Positions 1 through 11,220 of a stretch of DNA of 64,000 nucleotides are shown piece after piece. The stretch comes from Squalus acanthias. Lineage: Eukaryota. Positions within the stretch are counted from its first letter, which is position 1, and every line of letters starts with the position of its first letter. Location: the NCBI GenBank assembly GCA_030390025.1, contig CM059432.1:96040001-96104000 (forward strand), written 5' to 3'. The notes below the pieces were generated by a model. That model saw only the letters and a program-made list of their open reading frames with translations. It was not told where the DNA came from and searched no databases. The translations under genes were made by a program, and so were the position numbers.

Positions 1-1190
1 TATTTCACGGCGGGTCCCAAATACGCTCAGAAAAGCGTGCATGAAGGAGCCCTGCAGAGACGCCATCAGTGCTTCTTAAAGGGACACACACATCTTTCAA
101 TTAAGTTTGGATTCAAGCTTTTGGACTTTAAAAAAAATATTTTATTGATGTAGTGGCTTGGTGTAATAGAGGTTAACAGTTTTTTAAGTGTGCAGGGAGT
201 GCTGCCAGACGCTTGAGAAGACAGCAAATGCTGGAAATACTCAGCAGGTCAGGCAGCATCCGTGGAGAGAGAAACAGAGTTCACGTCTCAGGTCAAGATG
301 CTGCCTGACCTGCTGAGTATTTTCAGCATTTTCTGTTTTTATTTCAGATTTCCAGCATCTGCTCGCAGAGGGAAGAGGAAGACACAGAAGAGGAAGAAGC
401 AGAAGAGGAAGACGCGGAAGGAAGGATGCAACTCAGACAGCCCATTGCTGGCCGGGATATCCGGGATGGAATCATCCGCCTGCGGTACCAGTGACCACAA
501 CCCCAATTCCCCTTTCAACATTTGTCCACACCTTACCTTCCCTCTGTTACTGATCATCACCGTGTCCTCTTGGTCACAATGCTGAAATAAAAGCCACCAC
601 AAAGCAAGCTTTCCAATCAAACTTTATACATCTAGCTATCCAATATGACATCAAGAAATCAACTAATCACCCTTGTGCATTCCCTTAGTGACTGTCGTGC
701 ATGCGCCTTTGCCTATCCTAGTGATGTTACGCAGTGCTACCCAGTGGCTGCAGCAGGGCTGGTGGAAGGCTGCTGACTTTCAGTGGAGGACACTGCATAT
801 GGCCTTGGAGGATGACCTCGAGGAGCTGGTGGCTGGGAGTGTGAAATCGAGTGATGGTGTTTCTTCTTCTTCTTCACTCTCCTCTCCCTCTTCTTGGTCA
901 ACCTGGGCAGGTTAGATTTCTTGGGTGTCTGAAATGAGGAAGGCACACAGGTAGAGATGTGGTGAGGGGAAGGCGGGAAAGCAAGAGCTGCATGCTTACA
1001 CCATGCGCACCTTGTAAACCAGAAGATATTGTGGGTTGAGGGGGAAGTTGGATGTGAGAAGGGGGATAACGTATGAGGATACCAGCATCTTGTATCCTTT
1101 CAGCCCCGCCGCTGGCCAAGGTCTCAGCCATGCCCCTGCCAAGAATGGCCAGCACCGTCTCCTCCAAGAGGGCGAGTGAAGCTAGGAATG
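1..1190. mobile_element. Decayed PIF/Harbinger-derived fragment
   Basis: 363-1190 resembles the acidic transposase tail, intergenic part and Myb-gene exons seen at 25700-27780. 940-1190 is an inverted relative of 2725-2960. Confidence 0.55.
214..362. mobile_element. Penelope-type inverted-terminus (palindromic) repeat
   Basis: Arms 226-260 and 297-331 are reverse complements over 35 bp with one mismatch. Same family as 21822-21958. Confidence 0.75.
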
Positions 1191-1244
1191 TGAGGTGTGC
1201 CTCGTGTTTGGTACAGATTGTTGGTAGGTGAGTGATGGGGGGAT

Positions 1245-1326
1245 CGTCATGTTTGATAATGCTCCTGTGAAGCGCCTTGGGACGTTTTATAAGGTTATAG
1301 GGGCTATATAAATGCAAGTTGTTGTT
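1245..1326 (+). mobile_element. L2-type LINE/SINE 3' tail
   Basis: tgtgaagcgccttgggacgtttt...gctatataaatgcaagttgttgtt, matching the tail of the L2 at 43350-43428. Confidence 0.75.
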
Positions 1327-2364
1327 AACTAGTTCATTCAATTATTTAGTTAATTTAATCTCTTGGACTTTTTAAAAAGTGCTGGATACAGATGAATGTG
1401 GTAGGGAACATGTTCAAGATAGGTAGGAAGTATGCAGTAGTTCTGAGGAGAGGCTGTGTGGTTTGAAACTGTTAAAAGGGTGGTTCCAGAATCTGGAAGG
1501 TATGAGAGGGTCGTGGAGAGGCTGTGATGGAAATTGAATGGTATTGAGGTCAAAGGGCATTGGGCGGAGAATCTTTTGGTGTTGTGAGGGGTTCCAAAGT
1601 GTGGGAGTAGAGGGAGTGGTGCAACAGTGATGGGATGGGGGGCTTTGGGTTGTGACAGTGCTCGGAAGGTAGTGCTGGGGTGTGATGTTGGGATCTCAGT
1701 CCTCAGGCGTAGCATTATTGGAAAGGCTGGGATCATGGGGTGTGAGCACTGGGTGGAGTGGAAAGATGTTGGTGGGGTGAGGTGCGGGTTCCTGGTGTTT
1801 CAAGTGGACTACCAAGATCTAGTAAGACTGGGAGTGGGCGACCAGGCATGTGGCAGGAGTTGGATAGAGGTACCGAGGTACTGGAGCATGGGGAAGGGGA
1901 TCCTTGCAGTGGGAATAGTGGGGCAGTGGAGGGGGAGGGGGATGTTGTGGCTGTTACACAGAAAAGTGTGGCAATGGGATAGCAGCTACGGATGCTCAGT
2001 GTGGGAGAGGTGCGAGAGGTGGTAGGCGAGAGCAAAGAGTGGAGAAAGTTAGTGGCTTTCAGGCTAAAGAACCAGTTAGTTCAGAAAAGGTAACTGTAGC
2101 AGTTACCGAGGGAATCATGCAATACTTAAAATATAAACTACTCAGTAGGTATTTTAAATGCTGAAGACGACATTTTGGGAATGCTGCTGCTCCATCGTCC
2201 CACTGAGAAAATCCAAATTCCCAACTGTGACTAGGAACTACCTGAGTTGTTTGAGCACTTTTTAAAGTGGGGAAAGCTCTTAAGAGCATTGAAAGTGCTT
2301 AATCAACTTAATAGGGACAGTTTTCTATCACCATGCAGCCTGGATGCTAACTTTTGAAACAAAA

Positions 2365-3060
2365 GCACTCGCACGAGTGGTCAAGGTCAGTGAATTCATC
2401 TTCAAATGCCATATCCCACCAACTGCACCACTAGTATCAGACACTACTCACTTCACCATACCCCATTCACTCACCTTCCAACAATCGCTATCAATCACGA
2501 CTCATATCTCACATTCATAGCTTCACCTCACCCGCACACACTTAGCACTGCTGCAAGCCTCACACACACAGCCAGTTATTCAACCATGACAGGCACATCA
2601 CCCAAACATATTGCACTACACTCACTGACACACTTCCCTCTCTCTTGCAAGACAAGGTGGCTCATAATCGCAGGCAGCAGAGGATACCCGCAGGGAGACA
2701 GGTACGCCTGCATAACCTTACCCTAATGGAGGAGATGGTGCTGGAGATCATTGGAGCCGCCAATGCTGAGTCCGTAGCGAGCGGTGCGGCCTGAAACACT
2801 GCAAGATGATTGTATCCTCATATCTAATACTCCTTCTCACATCCCACTTCCCCCTCATCCCACTATCTCTTCTGATTTACAAGCTGCAGATGGTGTAAGC
2901 ATGCACCTCTTGCTTTCCCCCCTCCCCTCACCACTACCCTACCCTGTGCCTTTCTCCTTTTAGATAGCTAAGAACTCCAATCTGGCCAGGCAGTGGTGGA
3001 GGAGCAGGAACTGCAAAAGGAAGAAGGCAGTGATGCTGAAGACACAACACCGTCACTTGA
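2365..3060 (+). mobile_element. Harbinger Myb/SANT-gene fragment (exon/intron relic)
   Basis: Donor-like aag|gtcagt, CA-rich intron, acceptor ctcttgcaa and an acidic exon. Same layout as 28243-28490 and 27670-30000. Confidence 0.55.
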
Positions 3061-3062
3061 TT

Positions 3063-3856
3063 GGATTCAGAGAGAGAGGAAACAGCTGGAGCTAGGATTC
3101 AGAGAGAGGAAACAGCTGGAGCTAGGATTCAGAGAGAGGGGAAACAGCGGTAGCTGGGATTCAGAGAGAGAGGAAACAGCTGGAGCTGGGATTCAGAGAG
3201 GGGAAACATCGGGAGCAAGGATTCAGAGAGAGGGGAAACAGCTGGAGCAAGGATTCAGAGAGGAAACAGCGGGAGCTGGGATTCAGAGAGGGGAAACAGC
3301 TGAAGCAAGGATTCAGAGAGAGGGGAAACAGCGGGAGCTGGGATTCAGAGAGGGGAAATAGCTGAAGCAAGGATTCAGAGAGAGGGGAAACAGCTGGAGC
3401 TAGGATTCAGAGAGAGGGGAAACAGCGGGAGCTGGGATTCAGAGAGAGGGGAAACAGCGGGAGCTGGGATTCAGAGAGAGGGGAAACAGCTGGAGCTAGG
3501 ATTCAGAGAGAGGGGAAACAGCGGGAGCTGGGATTCAGAGAGGGGAAACAGCTGGAGCAAGGATTCAGAGAGAGGAAACAGCTGGAGCAAGGAATCAGAG
3601 AGGAAACAGCAGGAGCTGGGATTCAGAGAGAGGGGAAACAGCTGGAGCTAGGATTCAGAGAGAGGGGAAACAGCTGGAGCTAGGATTCAGAGAGAGGGGA
3701 AACAGCGGGAGCTGGGATTCAGAGAGGGGAAACAGCTGGAGCAAGGATTCAGAGAGAGGAAACAGCTGGAGCAAGGAATCAGAGAGGAAACAGCAGGAGC
3801 TGGGATTCAGAGAGAGGGGAAACAGCTGGAGCAAGGATTCAGAGAGAGGAAGCAGG
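3063..3856. repeat. Minisatellite, ~28-32 bp unit ggattcag(ag)n g(n)aaacagc(t/g)ggagc(t/a)(a/g), about 25 copies
   Basis: Directly visible tandem array with variable AG and G run lengths. Confidence 0.95.
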
Positions 3857-5283
3857 TGTAACCTGGAACTAAGAAGGCAGAGTAAGAGGGAGCAATCGAA
3901 GCAAGGACTCTTACTTATTTAGGACAAATGGAGCAGAAGGGAAGAGGGAGGAAGAGAGGGAGGTGTGAATTAGCAAGCGTTAGAATAAAGAAAAAACTTT
4001 CATTGTGTTTAGTAGAGCCAATGTGTAAGAATACCTCTTAAACTTCCCTTATTTTTGTGGGACTGCAAGAAAATGGGTAATAAAGCTTACATGTTCTTAC
4101 AATTCTGCAGCTAATTGTTTTCTATCCTCAAGCTCTTGTAATTGCAATAATTTACATTTCCCTCCCTGAAATTAATGGAGCATCATTCTAAGTCTTCTCC
4201 TGCTTGATCTATTTCTGACTCCAAGTTCACTTTTGCACTCAATGAGCAAAGTCCCCAAACCAACCATTCAATCAGCTATATGTTAAGTAGCACTCATTCT
4301 TTCCTATTCTTGCAAGGGCTGCTACTGGTACATTAAGTTATTCTAGCCTCTTTGCCATGATAGAATGATCCATATCCCACTTTCCAGTCACATTCTATGA
4401 TGTGCACTGTAACACAGAACAGGGAGGAAGGAACATTGGGTTTCTGACATATACTTGCCTAGAAGCAATTCTGTTGGGCAGCAGGGAGGGGGACACTAAA
4501 ATGTGGTGGAAGAGGTATGAATGGTCTGAAGACATCAAAAGTGTGTGCACCTGTGAAAGAAAGCATGCAAGAGACAGAGAGAGAGATACATACCTGATAT
4601 GTGTTATATGAATTTAAAATTATATACACACAGCAGTTCCAGCATATATTACTGACACTAGAAAGCAAGGTCATGGTAAATCATTCTTCCAGTTGGGAGG
4701 GGGGTGGAGGAGTGCTGGGAAAAAGGGAACACAAATGCCTGTTGATCTCATACCTCTTTGAACCTCCAGACTTGTGACAATATTGCAATGGCACATACAT
4801 AAAAATAATGTGTTTCACATTTTTAAGTCTGTGCTCACATTACCTGGTCTGAAGGTTGAGCGAGATATGTTTAGAGAAGGGAATTCTGATGAGTAAACTC
4901 ATCTAGAAACAGATAAAGCACAAGGTGGCAATTATACAACAAAAGTTACCCAAAATTCCCAAGTGTTTTAAGTTTTATTAAGTCTTCAATCTGAAACAAG
5001 AATTTTTAGTTCTCCTTTTTTTGTAATCATTTTAAACAGCTGCACAAAACCTCATGTGTGGTGTGGGTAGGTTTGGCAACTCTGGATGTCCATCTTGCAT
5101 ATTTAAAAACATAATCAAAATTGGGTCTGGAATTTTAACATTAATTTAAATGTTTTCACTTTGGCTACATGCCTTATCTGCTCACCACAGGACTTTATTC
5201 AGGAAAGGATATGCAAGTTTGACATCAAAATCTAAGCTGAATGTATACAACTTATTAGTTGTTAGAATTAAAATAATTACCAC

Positions 5284-5433
5284 CTCTCTTGAAGGCTGCT
5301 TTCAGAATCCTTTAGTTTTGTCCTCAGGTGTCTAATGGTAACCTCCTTTTGCTGCAGTGGGGTCAAGTACTGCTCCGGGTTTGGGGGCTTAATGCCATGA
5401 TTATCACTGCAAGAAGTGTATTTACCAGATCGC
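5284..5433 (-). CDS. SYBU: Syntabulin internal coding exon (150 nt, phase 2-2), start of the syntaphilin/syntabulin coiled coil
   Basis: ctgcattttccag|G CGA TCT GGT...CAA GAG AG|gtggta. Translation RSGKYTSCSDNHGIKPPNPEQYLTPLQQKEVTIRHLRTKLKDSESSLQER. Not listed in the ORF track. Confidence 0.95.
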
Positions 5434-6534
5434 CTGGAAAATGCAGATAATGACAGTAAAAGGAAAGAAGAGAATGAGTTATTGAAGCTCAGGTGAACAA
5501 AACAATTGACGGATTCAAAGAGGAAATCTCACTGTCAGTGAACCAAATAAAAATAATTGGTTACAAAGAGTCCTGATCAATATCTCACTTTTTTCATGTT
5601 CATTTCTATAAATTGAGTTGAATATTTGAAGTGATTCCCAACTATATCAGGGCAGACTGTATAGGTAGAGTTTGAACCTCAACATACGGCAGCTGAATTA
5701 ACAGTAGCCAGTACTTCAGGGTAGTTCTCCAATCCTGTTATTTGGACTATATGTTAATTCAGCTTGCTCATATGGTTGAGCTCAGTATGCAGTCTGAGCT
5801 TAACATCCTGAGTAATCTTATAAAAGGTACTGCAGGCAAGACTTCCCATTCAGTGTTTTATTCACCCAGAAGTTGAATCTATTTACATTACTTTACTATT
5901 TATTTTCAATAATTCTCTGAAATTGGCAGTGAAAAGAGAGAAAGAGGAAAAAGAGAATAAAATGGTCACGTAGAAGTCTATGTGCACAGCAGTTTTAAAG
6001 AAAATACTTCTACTCACAAACTACAGGTTTCTGTTATAACTAACTAAACAATAAAACATGGCAAATTTAAGCAATGTTCAAAGATTGATCTAAAGTGGCA
6101 TTTCATGAATGTCTATACATGAGAACCCTCATCTGGATCCCATTCTTGCAGTTCTTTAGTCTTTGGTTTTCTTAAGGTTAATTCTATCTTTTTGTGCCAA
6201 TCCATACCTGTATAACATTTAATCTATAATTTCTGCTCTATAATCACTGCAAGAAGAGCATTTTATTTTTACTTACACACTGAAAGACTGCCATGCTGAA
6301 CAATAATCATTTTATATTGATGAAGTTCAAACTAACTATTCATTCAAGCTTATTTTTGTGAGGACAGTGGTCCTTCTTCATTGAAGATCTTTTCTCCTTT
6401 ACATTTAATCATTCAATACTATGCTCTATCTGGAATAGAGAGAATGGGCAGGTAATATGCTCTTAGGTCTTCATCAATACCACTCTGAAACCAACTGTGT
6501 TGTGAGAGCAACACGGGAATATTTTGTCCATTCT

Positions 6535-6750
6535 TTTTGCTCCACTCTCCAGAAACTTCAGCTCATCCAAAACTCTGCTGCCCGCATTCTAACCCATACC
6601 AACTCTCACTCACCCATCACCTGTGCTCACTGCCTACATTGGCTCCTGGTCCACCAACAGCTACATTTAAAAAGTCTCATGTTCAAATCCCTCCATGGCC
6701 TTGCCCTATCCTATTTTTTTCTCCTACAGCCCTACAATCCTCCAAGCTGA
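6535..6750 (+). mobile_element. Old L2 LINE ORF2 C-terminal fragment
   Basis: STLQKLQLIQNSAARILTHT...LHWL, homologous to 42841-43158. Confidence 0.75.
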
Positions 6751-9310
6751 CAAAGTACTGCTGCTTTCCTATACCTTTTATATTTATAGTGTTACAGTAA
6801 GGAATGATTTGTATATTGACCCTCATCTTTCAATTCTGGCTATTTGGGGGAGATGTGTGAATAAAATCATTTTTACCAGCCGATCCCATTTAGAGCCCAC
6901 CTTTTACTACACATGACAAAGAACACAGAGTTAGGAAATGCAATGTGTAAAACTATAGGCTTAAACTTAAGATATACGTAAAATTTCCTAAGAAAGTTAA
7001 TAAAGATGATCCTTGTAGCCTTAAAACCAGTGTACTAGGTTCCTGATTAACCAGTTTTCATTGCTGTTCACTCTTGGCAATTTGGCCAGTTATGATTGGG
7101 TTACTTGTAAAAGGGAGGAGGCAACTGGTTAGGAGAAGTAACTTCCTTTACTATTAAAGCATATCTTCTGTTAGATTGCTTTAAGGGTTTCAGTGGTGGA
7201 TGGCATTTGTGGAGATACTGGATGTCTGAAAATAGGGTGGTTTCAAAAGGAAATAAAACTGTATTCATTGAGCTCACCTGGATTTAAGATATTTTATCAA
7301 AATCATAAATTTGTCATTTGTTTTCAGTCCAGTGAAGAGTTCCTAGTTTCTGAGGGGCATTTTACCAAAAGGGCCTTTGTATGTTTCTGTATAGCTCACA
7401 GCTATCAACATCAAGGGAAAAATTCATGATCATCAAACCTGACACAGATTGTTAATCCGGTAAACAATTTTAAACCAAAACAAGCCATCGTCACGTTTAA
7501 TGCGTCTGACTTGGCAAGTCTAGTAGCTTTAATTATTTTTCTCCCATTTACTTTTCCTGTATACTGTCAAAATCTAAAGATAGCCAAAAAAAATGTAAAT
7601 ATTGTAACGTGTTATTTTGCTAATACTGTCTTAAGTGTTTCATAAGTAGATAAAGTTCAGTTAATACAATCAAAATACACATTTAAAATACAGTCAAGCA
7701 TAAAATCTTTTAAAAGGTTAAGTTCACAGGGTGCCCAAAGAACAGATGTGATAGACTGGAAATCACATCATGCCTCTCCGACTTATTTGGAGGCAGTGGG
7801 AACCATATTGAGTAGAAACCTATTAAATAATAGTTTTTAAAAAAAATGGCTCTGGGCTCCCTTTCCAAATGTGCCAAGGCCGTGTATGTTTCCAATCTTG
7901 CACTTTTTCTGCTCTCCCTCCCACTGTTCTCCAGCATCTTCTGCACAATACCCATTAATATCACCTCTTAATACTGATGCTCACTGTACATATTCATTCA
8001 TATTTTTGTTTCAAAACAAATAAAATTGCTATTACATAATTAAAAGTTTCCTTCATGAATGAGTGGAGTGGGATTTAGATCCCATCCTTTTTGTTACAGG
8101 CGTACTCATGAAAGATCATTTCTATCGAATTAACTCGAGGAAACAATTCCCTAGTACTCACTAGGATGTTATTGGACAGTTTTTTTAAATTTCAAAAACA
8201 CCATAATATTGATCTATTTGAAACCATTTAAAACTAAAGAACAATGGAAGTTTACAGCACAGGATGAGGTTGTTCGGCCCATCGTGTCTGTGCCAGCTCT
8301 GAATTAATCCACAGCCCTGTCATATCCCTTTCTCTTCCTCTGCTTCAATTCTTTATCCACTTTCCCTTAAAAGATGCCTCAACCACTCCCTAAGGCAAAA
8401 CATTCATGCTACACAACACTTTGCATAAAGACATTTATTCTAACCTCTCTCTTTACTCTCTTAGTAACTATTTTAAACAGATGACACCTTGTCAGTGCGA
8501 CTGATTTTCGGCGGGGTGAAAAATGAACGATTGCAGATCGGCCACCAGTCATACATCTTGCTCAATTTTCCTTTCCACTGAACTGGAAAGGACTCCATTC
8601 ATTCTTATTAATAATAGAAATAGAAAGAAAATACAATGTCCAACGGAAACACACAGTTAAGTCCCAGAGTTATTAGTCTGTCAAACTTGCTTGGCTTAGG
8701 TAGCAATTTTGTACCGTTTTAGTTCAATGATTCAGTAACTGCCATGTACCCAACAGCTTTTGGTTTCATTCCTCCCGCCGATCTGAGTGCAGCACTACCA
8801 GTGGTCATGTAGAAGTCTGCTCTTCTTCTTGCTAAAGAATAGCATGCTGTGCTGGACACAATATTTAAAAATAGGAAATAGGAAAAAAGCACTGGAGATT
8901 GAGTCACTTGTCTGCCCGAGTGCAGCTGCAGCGGTTACATCAAAAGCAGCCTTTTTGGGATTTTTTTCAAAAGAAAAGTTAGATAAAACGGATCGATTAT
9001 CCACCAATACATTATGCTACTCCAAATAAGATTTATAAAAAATAACATGCTAAATATCCTGCAACAGAAGCCCTTAAACAGCCAGGAAAAGTTTTCATTC
9101 TTGGTTATTGCAAAAAGAAGTTACTGAGGTGACTTCAGAATTTCAACTCTTTAATCGTTAGAACTGCAGACCTTCGACTGGAATATTAATACAGAACTAA
9201 TATAAACTATACATTCCTATCTTAAAAGTAATTAAAATCATGCCCATGGACAATGCCGCATTCTGAAGTACTTCCAAGCATCCTTTCGTACACATTTCAT
9301 TTTTTCATAC

Positions 9311-9343
9311 CTTTGTGCTGTACCCCATACTGCAGTTATCACC
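9311..9343 (-). CDS. Candidate 33-nt in-frame cassette microexon of SYBU (VITAVWGTAQR)
   Basis: gcttgtgtttcacttttag|GGTGATAACTGCAGTATGGGGTACAGCACAAAG|gtatga. Phase 2-2, no stop, TGCATG just upstream. No homology support recalled. Confidence 0.35.
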
Positions 9344-11119
9344 CTAAAAGTGAAACACAAGCATGCATTGCATTCTTCATCATCTGATATGATATGACTA
9401 AACAGCAACAATGTACTTGTAAGAGTTCTGCTGCACAAAATGAGTAACAGAAGTAGGGCTTCATCTCCTGGTATCAGCAATCCAATCAGTTCCACACTCC
9501 AGTACAAACCCACACAAGCTCTTCAGAGGTATAAGAAATGATAAAAGTATTGGTATTTTTGCTTGCGTGCCATGGAGTAATCTGTTCTGCCTTCTTGGAT
9601 GAAAGGAGAGACCAATGGCAGGATACAGACCAAGAGTAAATTAGAAATAAAATACATGTAAAGTATCTGTTCCATAGCTGTTGAAATGAAAATCAAATCT
9701 AGGGCAATCCTAAAATCAACAGATAGTTGTCATGGAATCCTTCACAGCAAACCATTTGATGTAAGCACTTTGTTCTATATATAGAACACAACATGCAACC
9801 GGGGGATGGGAATATTCAGGCATCAGAGAAGAGGCTAGCAGTTCCTAGTTCAACACAAAATCATGAGTTGAGTCACCAGGGATTTGCTGACATTTCAGCA
9901 AGTGTGTATGGAAAGAAGAACAGCTCCTTTTGCTTACAGAGTTAATTAAAATCAGCTCTAACCAAAGCAGTAATTGGTGTTTGCCAACTACCAAAGCCTG
10001 CCCAAAAAGAGTCATGATGAATCACTGAAACAATTCCTTCCAGAGATTAATTTGGCTGCTTTCATAGTATCGTCCATTATTTTTCCACACACAAAAAAGC
10101 CCTGGAACCATTAGTTTTGAAAAATTTGCGGTTTGTGATATACTTTTGAGCTGAGGGTGTTTAATCTGAATTATACAAAAGCAAAATTCCACACCTGAGC
10201 TCTGCACTGATGATTTACAAATCTTTTAGTAATAACTGCTTTTTAAAGCATCAGCTATAATTCTTGGTGATTCTAAACTGTAAATGCATTCATAATTTTT
10301 CTACTTGTTTCAGTTCCTTAAATTTTCCCTCCCTCCTTACACCCTTCCATCATACACCATTCCCTGATTCTAGCAGTTATAATCTTGGAATTTACCATTT
10401 GATCCATAACAGTTATGGGAGCTGAGAGTTTACACATGTTTGAAAACCTTTTTTGTGACATATTTTGTGGGTATAAATGTGAGGGATATTAATGCTGGGA
10501 ATGGAACAATGAACATTCTGAGCACCCAGTCTAATGCTCCCAGATCATCTATAGCACGGCACAGTTAGATGCTCAACAATATATCTCAGCACCATCCTCG
10601 GAAAAGCATCCTCACCAATATGATTCGTCTAATTCCCACACTAGCCATCTAATTGAGATTGTCAAATACTGCCAATTATGGGCAGTTTTGTGCTCTGGGC
10701 CTTTGTCCATAAGGAACTGGATTGAGACTGTGTAAACTCATTTCACATGAGGCTCTTTCAGCAAACAAAGAGAAGCAAATGTCATCCCATTAGTCTGGGC
10801 TAATTTAGATTCCAGAGGTGAAAGATCAGTATCTAGCCCACTATACAGCCCAGTCCTTTCTTACACACATCATTTAGTACTGTTTGAGAATTTTTTCTCT
10901 AGATATGATTTGAGGTCAAACATGAAGTCTATTTGAGGTGTTATATAAAACTATTTCTTCCTCAATCGCAGGTTTTCCATTTGTGTCCCTTAAACCAGTA
11001 AGGAATTTCAGCTTGACCATTTAATGATAAGCATGCTGACATCAAATGTCAGAGGTATTACAATTTAAAAACATGTACTTATGTTAGAATACAAAAAAAT
11101 TCAAGCCCATTTCAAGGCT

Positions 11120-11220
11120 TTGAGGAAAGAGCAGGGGAGTGGGACTAATTGGAGAGCTCTTTCAAAGAGCGGCACAGGCACTATGGGCCGAATGGCCTCC
11201 TTCTGTACGATGCTATGATT
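11120..11220 (+). mobile_element. CR1 3' end fragment
   Basis: gagcaggggagtgggactaattgga...gggccgaatggcctccttctgt...ctatgatt. Confidence 0.8.

Noticed and set aside
2993..3370. ORFs across the 3063-3856 array
   Set aside because: Translations of a minisatellite; periodic and frame-shifting.
4885..4912. ctgatgag...gaaac hammerhead-like string
   Set aside because: No proper stem II closing before GAAA and no stem I/III pairing; it is just a short gatgag/ctcatc palindrome.
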